A stretch of 36,056 nucleotides of DNA from the IMG/VR virus record IMGVR_UViG_3300037307_000895. The stretch is one strand, 5' to 3'. The notes under the pieces are model-generated. The model saw only the letters and a list, made by a program, of their open reading frames with translations, had not been told where the DNA came from and searched no databases. The translations under genes were made by a program, and so were the position numbers. Shown here piece by piece: positions 17,677 through 26,847 of the stretch (position 1 is its first letter; each line of letters starts with the position of its first letter). This DNA comes from an uncultured virus (IMG/VR IMGVR_UViG_3300037307_000895) (lineage: Duplodnaviria > Heunggongvirae > Uroviricota > Caudoviricetes).

Positions 17677-19530
17677 TTAAGCATCACCTTCTGATGGTGT
17701 TTCTTGTATATCAACATTTATATTAGTACCACTAGGAGACGATGGAATCAATGTGTTGTTGACATTTACTCTTCTTGTTGCTATTGCTACATCATTATTT
17801 GATCCATCAACTTGAGGTATAACTTCAACTGGTTCAATTGGTAAGACTTCATTAATAGCAGTTTGATTTAATGTTGTTATATTTTCAGCAGAATCATAAA
17901 TTCTATACAATCCACTATAAATAACAGTTGATGTATTTTGTTGATTGGATGTTATATAAAAAACATTTGATCCCGATTCATATATCTTTTTAATATCATT
18001 TATTTTACCTGAAGTAATTTTAAATGAAAGAAAACCCTTTGAAAGATCTATCTCTCCAGTTTCGTTATATAAATTTGATTCTATAGTTAGATTTTGATTT
18101 TTAATTACCATTTTTATTTCACCCATATTTGTCAAATCCATATAATCTACTGTTCCGTTATCATTTATTTGTTTAGCAATAATTATTTTAAAAATATTAT
18201 CAAATGGGTAAATAACTATAACAAGTTTCCCAATTCCATAAAAAACACTATTACCATTAATAGCACTATCAGATTTAGCAACTACATTGTGCCTATCTAT
18301 CAAAACTGGATAAGGAACCTTCACTGTTTCAACAACAACATTTCCTTGTGATGAAACATTATATTGCATGGTTCCAACATTTAATATATTTTTTTGATTG
18401 TATATTTTTGGTTTAGAAGCATTGGATAAATTTATCTTCATTAATCTTAAACTATACTTAGAAACCTGATCCTGCAGCATACCATAAGAAGCCCTTCTAG
18501 TTATTCTTGAATTGTCTACCGCATCTACCAAATTCATTTCAACATCAATTATTGCCGTTGTGGTAGAATATTTGATAATTGGCCTAAATTCAACTTTACT
18601 TAGAAAATCGTCTAAAACAACAATCTTTTGTGATTTACCTCTAATGTTTTGTTCATAAAGGGTTATATCGTACTCGACATAATATCTATTTCCAAGAGAT
18701 ACACTTTTATTAATAAAATCATTAAATTCTCCTATACTGTTATTATACATAGCGTATATTTCAAAAAAATCACCATTTACCGATTCTTCTATCTTAACCC
18801 CCATATTTTCAAATTCGGGTGATTGTGAAACGCTGATAGTTTTTTTAGGTGTTAGTGTATAAGTAACTAATGAATTAACCGTAGATTTACTTTCTATAAA
18901 GTGAAAATCTATAAATAAAGGAGCACTTAAATCTAATCCTACACCGTTGGTTAAATTATAATTAATGCTATTCTGTTTAACAACATCTGAACCTCTTTGA
19001 TTAGCAACCGCGTAAATTGATGGAATATTAAGTGATATAGTTTTTCCCCATAATTTTTCTAAGAAATATAAAGGGGGATTAGTATAATTTAATATCTTTG
19101 TATTTTCTGTTTGGTCTATATTTGATATATCATAATAAAAATTAGATAAATCACAGGTTTTTCTTCCGGTCGAATCAAATGCATATGCTCTTATATAAAT
19201 TCCAAGATATTCACCAAATGTGTAATTTATAGGTAAATGTATTTTTATTATATCATGCCTTGTAGGAAATCCCGAAGAATAATCTTTTACTTGTAAAAAT
19301 GAATATTTTGTAGTATCATATACACCATATGTATTGGCGATAGGATCTATTATAAACAACGAATTAGATATAGTATTTAATGTGGCGCTATTATCACCCG
19401 CCATGTAATTATAATTCTTGTCTTTAATATTAACCCCTATTTTATAAGATTCGCCTATTAAATTACCATCATCATATATGTATTCAATTAAAATATTTTT
19501 ATCTATATTGATATATTTAGATACCCTCAT
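17677..19530 (-). CDS. Hypothetical beta-rich protein, probable virion component
   Basis: 617 aa ORF co-oriented with the gp3-like gene and preceded by the late-type motif. Confidence 0.55.
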   Translation of the reverse strand: MRVSKYINIDKNILIEYIYDDGNLIGESYKIGVNIKDKNYNYMAGDNSATLNTISNSLFIIDPIANTYGVYDTTKYSFLQVKDYSSGFPTRHDIIKIHLPINYTFGEYLGIYIRAYAFDSTGRKTCDLSNFYYDISNIDQTENTKILNYTNPPLYFLEKLWGKTISLNIPSIYAVANQRGSDVVKQNSINYNLTNGVGLDLSAPLFIDFHFIESKSTVNSLVTYTLTPKKTISVSQSPEFENMGVKIEESVNGDFFEIYAMYNNSIGEFNDFINKSVSLGNRYYVEYDITLYEQNIRGKSQKIVVLDDFLSKVEFRPIIKYSTTTAIIDVEMNLVDAVDNSRITRRASYGMLQDQVSKYSLRLMKINLSNASKPKIYNQKNILNVGTMQYNVSSQGNVVVETVKVPYPVLIDRHNVVAKSDSAINGNSVFYGIGKLVIVIYPFDNIFKIIIAKQINDNGTVDYMDLTNMGEIKMVIKNQNLTIESNLYNETGEIDLSKGFLSFKITSGKINDIKKIYESGSNVFYITSNQQNTSTVIYSGLYRIYDSAENITTLNQTAINEVLPIEPVEVIPQVDGSNNDVAIATRRVNVNNTLIPSSPSGTNINVDIQETPSEGDA

Positions 19531-19552
19531 TTAATCTTAAGATATTTTAAAG

Positions 19553-19563
19553 GTATATATAAA
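19553..19563 (-). promoter_or_regulatory. Putative late promoter (TTTATATATAC)
   Basis: Variant of the TAATATATA motif, between a terminator and ATG 19530. Confidence 0.5.
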
Positions 19564-19591
19564 AAAATAAAACCTTTCAATGTGAAAGGTT
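19561..19591 (-). terminator. Intrinsic terminator
   Basis: AACCTTTCA / TGAAAGGTT hairpin followed by a T-rich run on the minus strand. Confidence 0.75.
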
Positions 19592-19967
19592 ATAATCTTC
19601 TTTGAATTTCTATTTTTATTTCATCATCCGTTAGTGATGGGTATCTTCGTTTTATTAAATGATACAATTCCAACTCTTCATTTTTGAGCTTTTCAATCCT
19701 TTCATTAACCTCTTTTATTTTGCTACTTACCTTATTGGTTTCTTGTTCTAGTTCGGTTAATTTATCGATAACAGATTTTTTAATTGAATGTATTGATGTT
19801 TCCTTTTTTAAGGCTTCTTCATTTATTTCACCTAAATCATCAGAAATTTTAAAAAAGAAATCAGCTAAATTTTTTATATCATCTTCATATGAGGATAATG
19901 ATTTATTTAATCTCTCAAATTCATTTTTTATTTGTCTTGCGCTGTCTATTAAAGGTTGTGATATCAT
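19590..19967 (-). CDS. Coiled-coil hypothetical protein
   Basis: 125 aa heptad-rich E/K/L ORF, in operon with the upstream gene. Confidence 0.7.
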   Translation of the reverse strand: MISQPLIDSARQIKNEFERLNKSLSSYEDDIKNLADFFFKISDDLGEINEEALKKETSIHSIKKSVIDKLTELEQETNKVSSKIKEVNERIEKLKNEELELYHLIKRRYPSLTDDEIKIEIQRRL

Positions 19968-19975
19968 TATTGGTT

Positions 19976-20914
19976 TTATTTTTTTGGCTCTGGCATACCA
20001 TTCATAATTTTTGCAGTAGGTGGCACAGGAACCTCACCTTCTTTAAGTATCCTATCTGGAGGTGGAGGAGGTGGCGGAACACTTTTAGTTTTAGGTGTTG
20101 ATTTCTTTTTAGCAACTTTTTTAACAACGGGCTTATTTGTCGTTTTTGTTGTATCTTTGGTTGATCTCACTGGGTTTGCCCCTAGCTTCTTTTTATATAC
20201 TATATCTTCAATTGCCTTTTTAACTTTATTTTTTATAAAATTAGGATCTTCCAGTAATTTTTTTGTAAAATCATCCGCAAGAAAATCAATAATACTTATT
20301 TCGTATGAATCTTCCATCAATTCTATAAATTCTGGCTTAGGTATCTTATCTTCTATTTCAAAAGATATTTTAAAATCGGTATTTCTCTTAGCATTCTTAA
20401 ACATAGTTATCATTGGGTCATCTTTGATAACCGTTTGAGGTGGTGGTGTTCGATTAATAAATTGATTATTCATTTGATGATTTTCAGTATTTTGAGTTTG
20501 AACGACTTGTGTAGGTGTTACAACTGGAATATCATCATCGATTAAATTTTTGAATTTATCCATTTGATTTTGTAAAGCATTAACTGGACTCATAGCCCTA
20601 GCTTTTTCCATAAGTATTCTTTTTTCTTCTTCGGGATCATACTCCATTATCAAACTTTCATTTTTTTCTTCCATTTTTTGCAAAACTTCATCAGGAATAG
20701 ACTTGATCTTTTCGGTGAATATTTGATAATTTTGTTGGTTAAAAAATTCTTTCGGATCTATATATTCATCATAAAAAGATTTATCTAATAGTCTTTTTAC
20801 ATCTATTCTACTTTTATCGTCTAATATAGCAATATTTTCAAATTGGTCTATTACATTAATAACTCTTCCAGAGGATACGTCTAAGAATTTTTTATTTTTT
20901 AATTGTGGAAACAT
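19976..20914 (-). CDS. Hypothetical protein with K-rich and poly-Pro C-terminus
   Basis: 312 aa ORF, ATG start. Confidence 0.75.
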   Translation of the reverse strand: MFPQLKNKKFLDVSSGRVINVIDQFENIAILDDKSRIDVKRLLDKSFYDEYIDPKEFFNQQNYQIFTEKIKSIPDEVLQKMEEKNESLIMEYDPEEEKRILMEKARAMSPVNALQNQMDKFKNLIDDDIPVVTPTQVVQTQNTENHQMNNQFINRTPPPQTVIKDDPMITMFKNAKRNTDFKISFEIEDKIPKPEFIELMEDSYEISIIDFLADDFTKKLLEDPNFIKNKVKKAIEDIVYKKKLGANPVRSTKDTTKTTNKPVVKKVAKKKSTPKTKSVPPPPPPPDRILKEGEVPVPPTAKIMNGMPEPKK

Positions 20915-20985
20915 ATTAAATAATATATTTTTATATCTATACTTATTTTTTATTATATTATAGTTAGAAAGTTTAGAAATAAATT

Positions 20986-21013
20986 AAAAACCCACACCTA
21001 TCGATGTGGGTTT
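20986..21013 (-). terminator. Intrinsic terminator after the SSB gene
   Basis: Minus strand AAACCCACATC-GATA-GGTGTGGGTTTTT. Confidence 0.8.
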
Positions 21014-21034
21014 AAATTTTTAATTAATGATAAT

Positions 21035-21991
21035 TTAGAAATCTTTGAAGAAATCGTCATCATCATCACTTGATGCTGATGAAGAGCTAGATTCGAATGA
21101 CTCTTCAAAATCGAAATCATCTGAACTTGCTACTGATTCTTTCTTAGGAAAATTTCCAGAAGATTTACCAGTTAAGTAAGCGATAATCTCATTAATTTTT
21201 CCTTGTTGTTCATCACTTAATTTTTTTGGAGAAAAATCTTCTAAATCATGTTCTCTTTTCATAAGAAAATCTTTAACCATTTGTTGTGCTTTAGAGTCAA
21301 CTTTACCATCAGAAGTCGGAACATTTTTAAATGTGCCCTTTTCTTCAAAATAAATAGGTAAAGAAGTTGTTTCAGGCTTAAACATTGAGTTTTTGTAATC
21401 AGGATATGTCTCATCTCCAGTTTGAATTTCTTTAACCAACATAACAAAATCTTTACCTGCCGCCAAATCAAAAACATTACAAGGAACGCCAGTGATTTCA
21501 CCATTTTTTTCAGCTAAGATTTTATCCTTAATAGTTTTTCCATATTGGAAAATCATAATTTTACCAACTAATTCTGGTTGTTGTTCGTCTTCTAAAACAA
21601 GAACATAAGAGTAATATTTTTTAGAATACTTTAAACACTTTGCCTTTTCCTGAAGAATTGCATTTTTAGAATTAATCATGTTGTAGTAAAGATCAGTTAA
21701 AGGACATTTTTCATTAAAATTCTTTGGAGAATCGAACCAACCGGATAATTCTTTTGCATTTTTAATATCAACATAGTGAGTAATTTTCTCAATTGCTGCT
21801 TGTCCAACTTTTCCTTCTTTAGTTAAATTTGGGAGAAATCTGATTACAGACCTGTAACCTTTCTTTTTGTCTTTAACTTTTGTTAAGTCTACTCTGTAAA
21901 TGCCATCTGCATTTACTGCTTTTTTTTCATTCAAAAAATCCATTTTTGAATCTAAATTGCCACTAAATAAATCATCAAATTCATGTGCCAT
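21035..21991 (-). CDS. T4 gp32-like single-stranded DNA-binding protein
   Basis: VIRFLP, CP, YYSYVLVLED..PELVGKI.IF.YGK.I.DKI, FD...G.DF, YPDY..S.F, Ser/Asp-rich tail ending DDFFKDF. Confidence 0.88.
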   Translation of the reverse strand: MAHEFDDLFSGNLDSKMDFLNEKKAVNADGIYRVDLTKVKDKKKGYRSVIRFLPNLTKEGKVGQAAIEKITHYVDIKNAKELSGWFDSPKNFNEKCPLTDLYYNMINSKNAILQEKAKCLKYSKKYYSYVLVLEDEQQPELVGKIMIFQYGKTIKDKILAEKNGEITGVPCNVFDLAAGKDFVMLVKEIQTGDETYPDYKNSMFKPETTSLPIYFEEKGTFKNVPTSDGKVDSKAQQMVKDFLMKREHDLEDFSPKKLSDEQQGKINEIIAYLTGKSSGNFPKKESVASSDDFDFEESFESSSSSASSDDDDDFFKDF

Positions 21992-22039
21992 AAATTGCCG
22001 TTAATTTTTATATATCAAGATTTTATTCCTGATTAAACT

Positions 22040-22095
22040 TTATATGTGTATTAGTAATAAAAGTTTTATAAACATTTAGCAAATTTTTCTTATAT
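22040..22095. promoter_or_regulatory. Back-to-back divergent bipartite motifs
   Basis: Minus: AAAC(22066-22063)-N17-ATATAA toward the SSB gene. Plus: AAAC(22070-22073)-N16-TTATAT toward ORF 22103. Confidence 0.55.
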
Positions 22096-22102
22096 TTACA
22101 TT

Positions 22103-22615
22103 ATGGAAACATACAATTTAAAAGAAGTAATTAGGGATATTCAGATAAACTCTGTTATGAAAAAAATGATACTAACCCCTGATATTAAAAAAATCAAAAA
22201 AGGTGATAATATTTTTTTCAATAAACCATATTGGAAAATAATTGAAAAGTATAAAGATGACTGTATAATAACCGGGTCAATGGCATTGTTTGCTTTTGGA
22301 TTAATAAAAAGAATACCCAAAGACATTGATTTAATAGTGTTTACACCAGAAATTAAACTACCAAAATTATATAAAAGTTCTTATCCTGAGGAAAATCATG
22401 TGAATTTAATAGGTACACATGAAGATAGTGGATATATAGTAGATTTCTTTGAAGAAGAAAATCCAATATACATTGAATGTGACGGTTATAAGTTTGAGCA
22501 TCCATTACAAATAATACTCAAAAAATCTAAAATGAGTAGAAATGTATCAGGATATGTCAGTAAAGATATAAATGATATATTAGAATGTTATAAGAACATA
22601 AAGTATGAAGATTAG
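22103..22615 (+). CDS. Pol-beta superfamily nucleotidyltransferase-like protein
   Basis: IITGSMAL..FG...R.PKDIDL, VDFF, K...KD..D. Confidence 0.7.
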   Translation: METYNLKEVIRDIQINSVMKKMILTPDIKKIKKGDNIFFNKPYWKIIEKYKDDCIITGSMALFAFGLIKRIPKDIDLIVFTPEIKLPKLYKSSYPEENHVNLIGTHEDSGYIVDFFEEENPIYIECDGYKFEHPLQIILKKSKMSRNVSGYVSKDINDILECYKNIKYED

Positions 22616-22865
22616 ACGCAAACTTAGATGTAAAGGGGGTATGAAAGTTACTGACTCATTAGAGTCACCTTGGGTAGATATCTTTATTCAAGATAAATGG
22701 TATTGTGTGGATTTTGATTACGACGATAAATTGACTTCTTTTTGTGAATACTCTGCTATAGATGAAACAGGAAATATTCGGAAATTAACTAAGGCTGAAT
22801 ATAATGTGGTGTTTTATAGTGTAGAAGAAATTAGGAATTTTTTAATTGATGAAGTAATATCATAA
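22605..22865 (+). CDS. Small hypothetical protein
   Basis: 86 aa, overlaps the upstream stop; ends IRNFLIDEVIS. Confidence 0.65.
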   Translation: MKIRRKLRCKGGMKVTDSLESPWVDIFIQDKWYCVDFDYDDKLTSFCEYSAIDETGNIRKLTKAEYNVVFYSVEEIRNFLIDEVIS

Positions 22866-23405
22866 TTTGAATTCTATCTTATCTCCATTTGTCATTGAGT
22901 AAACAATCTTATCTATATCTGAAAATGTTTTTTTCCATTTATCAGATAGATATTTATCAGCTTCACCCTTTTTAACATAGGATATAGTCATATGTGGTTT
23001 ATAATCAGGGTAGTCGGTGGTATGTGGAAGTTTGGTTAATTCTTTATTTATTTCAAATAGTATAGGTGAAACAACATTAAATTTAACTACACTATATTCT
23101 TCATTATCAAACTTGCCTATTCCATCAATTTGAATATCTATGGTTCTATTTCTAAATTTATCAATTACATTTGCGACATCTTCTTTACTTACATTATTGT
23201 GCAGCCCATATAATAGTGTAACATGAGGACTTGTTTCTAAACCACGTGATTTGTCATCAGGTAAGTATATGTCTTCTTTCTTAATCATTGATGTTATATC
23301 TTTCCAATTAGATATTCTTGGGTATATCATAACACACCCATAGTCATATAAGTCACCTCTTTTTTCCACTATAAATTCATTAAATTTCCTAATCAAGATA
23401 CTCAT
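22860..23405 (-). CDS. 2H phosphoesterase (T4 57B/Acb1-like)
   Basis: Two HxT motifs, PHVTLLYG and YKPHMTISY; N-terminal leader MSILIRKFNEFIVE. Confidence 0.85.
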   Translation of the reverse strand: MSILIRKFNEFIVEKRGDLYDYGCVMIYPRISNWKDITSMIKKEDIYLPDDKSRGLETSPHVTLLYGLHNNVSKEDVANVIDKFRNRTIDIQIDGIGKFDNEEYSVVKFNVVSPILFEINKELTKLPHTTDYPDYKPHMTISYVKKGEADKYLSDKWKKTFSDIDKIVYSMTNGDKIEFKL

Positions 23406-23929
23406 TTATCTTTTATTTCTTTTCCTTTAAAAGGTTTTATATTTTTTAAATTCCAATTCGGTTGAAATTTTTTCTTCTTTTTCTCAAAATCTTGATAAGA
23501 TTCTATTCCTGTATCAATTGGATTTTTGATGTAATGAATATTGGCACCTTGTTTATTCATATCACTTATTTTATCACCAATATCAGTGCCCTTTGAAATT
23601 TTTCTAACTTTATTTAATTGATCAACAGAGTGTTGTTGGGGCAAAGCTCCTTCATTTTGGGAAACTAATATCACCGTACCATCTTCTTCCTCAATTATTT
23701 CTGCAATATAATTATCATCAATAATATTCACAACCTCACCCAATAGTTCCTTTACGTTTTGAATATATTTGTTGCCACCCTCATCAATTAAGAAGTCGTA
23801 ATCACCAAAAGGATCGGCGTTAATTATGTGAACAATTTTATTTTGAACAGTTCCTTCTGAACCTCTAATAAACTGTTCCCTCTTAAGAGGATCTTCTGAT
23901 TTTTTTCTTATACTAATTATCTTTTTCAT
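23402..23929 (-). CDS. Hypothetical protein
   Basis: 175 aa, 4-nt ATGA overlaps with both neighbours. Confidence 0.7.
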   Translation of the reverse strand: MKKIISIRKKSEDPLKREQFIRGSEGTVQNKIVHIINADPFGDYDFLIDEGGNKYIQNVKELLGEVVNIIDDNYIAEIIEEEDGTVILVSQNEGALPQQHSVDQLNKVRKISKGTDIGDKISDMNKQGANIHYIKNPIDTGIESYQDFEKKKKKFQPNWNLKNIKPFKGKEIKDK

Positions 23930-24291
23930 TTTTTTGATTTATAAGATTTTCCTACAATACTATTGGTATCAGATAATATTTTCTCTACTTTAAATCCAGC
24001 TTTTATACAGTGGTTCCAAAGATTATCAAAAAGTTCTTTTTCAATTTTAATATTTTCTGTATTATTGCCTGTATTTTTGTCAAATACTTTAATGAGGCTG
24101 TCATTAGAAATGCATCTAACTGAAATTACATATTTATCTGTTTGAAATACAATAGCTTTGAGTTTGAAAATACCCATTCTCAATTTAATTGTTTTATTTT
24201 TAGCAAATACATTGTCTTTAGTAATTTCTACTATAGACTTTTCAGATTTCTTAAACGGATTCCACTTTTCAAATTTCATTATATGTTCCAT
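23926..24291 (-). CDS. Hypothetical protein with leader MEHIMKFEKW
   Basis: 121 aa, first gene after the TAATATATAG motif. Confidence 0.7.
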   Translation of the reverse strand: MEHIMKFEKWNPFKKSEKSIVEITKDNVFAKNKTIKLRMGIFKLKAIVFQTDKYVISVRCISNDSLIKVFDKNTGNNTENIKIEKELFDNLWNHCIKAGFKVEKILSDTNSIVGKSYKSKK

Positions 24292-24308
24292 AATTATATT
24301 GAATTTAT

Positions 24309-24318
24309 CTATATATTA
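24309..24318 (-). promoter_or_regulatory. Putative late promoter (TAATATATAG)
   Basis: Exact copy of the motif at 35729. Confidence 0.6.
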
Positions 24319-24357
24319 AATGGTGGAAATAAATATTCGTAATGCAAAGATACAAAT

Positions 24358-24388
24358 AAAAAATGAGAGTTAAAAATAACTCTCATTT
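24358..24388 (-). terminator. Intrinsic terminator after nrdB
   Basis: 12-bp perfect stem AAATGAGAGTTA / TAACTCTCATTT with 4-nt loop. Confidence 0.8.
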
Positions 24389-24412
24389 ATCATTAATTAT
24401 AAGTCTATTATG

Positions 24413-25369
24413 TTAAAAATCATCAGAAAGATTACCAAAGTCAATATTTCTATCTTGTACCTTTTGATATTCACCAACTCTCTTCTCGAAGAAGTTAGTT
24501 TTTCCTTGAAGTGAAATCATATCCATGAAGTCAAAAGGATTTGAAACATTATAAACCTTTTCACATCCTAGTTCATTTAACCAAAAATCAGCTACATATT
24601 CAATATATTGCATCATTAAGTTGTTGTTCATACCAATAAGTGAAACCGGTAATGATTCAGTGATAAATTCTCTTTCAATTTCAACTGCTGAACAAATAAT
24701 TTCTTTAATCCTTTCTTCAGGAAGCTTGTTCTTAATATAATTATTGTATAGTAAACAAGCGAATCTACAGTGTAAACCTTCGTCCCTTGAAATTAACTCA
24801 TTGGAGAAACTCAATCCAGGCATTAGTCCTCTTTTCTTTAGCCAAAAAATTGAACAGAATGATCCTGAGAAAAATATACCTTCGACAGCAGCAAAGGCAA
24901 TCAGCCTTTCTGCGAATGATTCAGAGGATATCCATTTCAAGGCCCAATCAGCTTTCTTCTTAATTGAATCGTAATTATCAATAGCGTGAAATAATCTATT
25001 TCTTTCTTCTTCATCTTTGATGTAAGTATCAATTAAAAGAGAATATGTCTCAGAGTGAATATTCTCAATAGCTACCTGAAATCCATAGAAGCTTCTTGCT
25101 TCAGGATACTGAACTTCTTTTAAGAAGTTCTCTGCTAGATTTTCATTAACAATCCCATCTGATGCAGCAAAGAATGCTAATACCATTTTGATAAAATGCT
25201 TCTCATCATCATTTAATTTTTCTTCCCAGTCTGTTAAATCTTGTGCTAAATCAATCTCCTCTGCAGTCCAAAAAGAGTGCTCTGCAGTTTTATACATTTC
25301 CCAAATGTCATGATATTTTAAGGGAAACATCACAAATCTGTCTTTGTTTTCTTGTAGTATATGTTCCAT
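24413..25369 (-). CDS. nrdB: Class Ia ribonucleotide reductase small subunit
   Basis: [56 protein letters not shown]. Confidence 0.97.
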   Translation of the reverse strand: MEHILQENKDRFVMFPLKYHDIWEMYKTAEHSFWTAEEIDLAQDLTDWEEKLNDDEKHFIKMVLAFFAASDGIVNENLAENFLKEVQYPEARSFYGFQVAIENIHSETYSLLIDTYIKDEEERNRLFHAIDNYDSIKKKADWALKWISSESFAERLIAFAAVEGIFFSGSFCSIFWLKKRGLMPGLSFSNELISRDEGLHCRFACLLYNNYIKNKLPEERIKEIICSAVEIEREFITESLPVSLIGMNNNLMMQYIEYVADFWLNELGCEKVYNVSNPFDFMDMISLQGKTNFFEKRVGEYQKVQDRNIDFGNLSDDF

Positions 25370-25384
25370 ATTAGTATTTTAATG

Positions 25385-25411
25385 TTATATAGTGTAAAAT
25401 AAAAAATGTTT
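25385..25411 (-). promoter_or_regulatory. Bipartite motif AAAC-N17-ATATAA
   Basis: Upstream of nrdB. Confidence 0.6.
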
Positions 25412-25424
25412 ATATAGAAGAGAC

Positions 25425-26171
25425 TTAAAAATCTTTTCTCCAAATAGTAGCAAAGTTTTGATTATTATAAATATTTACCATCCCACATTTTTCTAAAATC
25501 CTAAATACTTTATTTATATCAACATTAAAATGCATCGGCATTATTTCTTCTTCGCCAGCCAAATCAACGATTGATATTAACAATCCTCCTTTATTTAAAT
25601 ATTTACATAATTGATAAAAATAATCTTCTTGTTGTTGAGGTAGTAAATGTTCTATAACAGCGTCAGTGAAAATTATATCATATTTTTCTGGTAAAGAAAA
25701 ATGGTCCTGAGGAATTATTATTGTCTTGATATCTATTTTATATTTATTGAATCTCCATTGAGCAAAATCAGAAATGTACCCTTTTATATCAACATAAGTA
25801 ACATCTTTGCCAGTATATTCTTTTACAATTTCACAAAATACTCCTAATCCTCCTCCAAATTCCATAAAATTTTTACCACTATGTTCTTTAATTAGTCGTA
25901 AAGCTGTTGGTAAGAATAAATTTACTTTATTGGAAACTCTAAATTTATGCCAATTATTATTTAATAAATCATAAATGTAATTCTTTGAATTTTCATAGAA
26001 ATCTTCTTTAGTATCTCTTTGGTTAAAATCTTCTGCATTTATAGATTGGTGATTCACCATTTTAAAATGAATTTCATCGATAGATAATCCAGAAAATTCT
26101 GAAAAATCTTTGATAATAGAACTATTTGGAAATTCTTCTAATATCGGTATTTGTATACTATAATCTATCAT
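25425..26171 (-). CDS. Class I SAM-dependent methyltransferase
   Basis: MEFGGGLG, YVDI, YDIIFTDAVIEHL, LNKGG. Confidence 0.85.
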   Translation of the reverse strand: MIDYSIQIPILEEFPNSSIIKDFSEFSGLSIDEIHFKMVNHQSINAEDFNQRDTKEDFYENSKNYIYDLLNNNWHKFRVSNKVNLFLPTALRLIKEHSGKNFMEFGGGLGVFCEIVKEYTGKDVTYVDIKGYISDFAQWRFNKYKIDIKTIIIPQDHFSLPEKYDIIFTDAVIEHLLPQQQEDYFYQLCKYLNKGGLLISIVDLAGEEEIMPMHFNVDINKVFRILEKCGMVNIYNNQNFATIWRKDF

Positions 26172-26176
26172 GAAAA

Positions 26177-26203
26177 TAATATTATTTAAAAAGTCAAAAG
26201 TTT
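26177..26203 (-). promoter_or_regulatory. Bipartite motif AAAC-N17-ATATTA
   Basis: Ends 5 nt before ATG 26171. Confidence 0.45.
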
Positions 26204-26215
26204 GCTTTATAAAAA

Positions 26216-26225
26216 TAATATATAT
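26216..26225 (+). promoter_or_regulatory. Putative late promoter (TAATATATAT)
   Basis: Directly upstream of the lysin and neck genes. Confidence 0.5.
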
Positions 26226-26228
26226 TAT

Positions 26229-26831
26229 ATGAATTTAAATAAATTAAGAGGTATAATACCTGATAATGTTTTACAACAAATACCATTTATAATGGAGACA
26301 TTTAAAATAAATACTCCATTAAGATTAGCACACTTTTTATCACAGTGTATGCATGAATCCGGAAATTTTAAATTTTTAGTTGAGAATTTAAATTATTCAG
26401 AAAATGGATTATTATCCACATTTCCTAAATATTTTGTTAGTGGAGGAGCTGCTCAATATGCAAGAAAACCCGAAAAGATTGCTAATAGGGTTTATGCAAA
26501 CAGAATGGGAAATGGAAATGAATGGAGTGGTGATGGGTGGAAATATAGAGGAAGGGGATATATTCAATTAACTGGAAAGTCCAACTATGCTCTTTTTGCA
26601 CAGGCAATTAGAGAAGATGTTGTGACATATCCAGATTTAGTGGCCACAAAATATCCATTAGCTTCAGCAGCTTGGTTTTTTCACAGAAACGCATTGAATA
26701 CAATTGCTGATAAAGGACCATCAGTAGATGTTATAACAGCAGTAACGAGGAGAATTAATGGGGGAACCAAAGGATTAAGTGATAGGATATCAAAATTTAA
26801 TCAAATATATCCTTTGTTACTAAAGCCTTAA
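26229..26831 (+). CDS. GH19 chitinase-like endolysin
   Basis: AHFLSQCMHES, ENLNYS, ANRVYANRMGN, YRGRGYIQLTGKSNY, RRINGG..GL.DR; ATG 26229 preferred over TTG 26202. Confidence 0.92.
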   Translation: MNLNKLRGIIPDNVLQQIPFIMETFKINTPLRLAHFLSQCMHESGNFKFLVENLNYSENGLLSTFPKYFVSGGAAQYARKPEKIANRVYANRMGNGNEWSGDGWKYRGRGYIQLTGKSNYALFAQAIREDVVTYPDLVATKYPLASAAWFFHRNALNTIADKGPSVDVITAVTRRINGGTKGLSDRISKFNQIYPLLLKP

Positions 26832-26847
26832 AAATTAATCAATTTAC

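Noticed and set aside
20948..20974. Bipartite motif upstream of ORF 20914
   Set aside because: AAACTTT is present, but ATATAA is at spacer 12 and only ATAAAA at spacer 17, so it was not counted.
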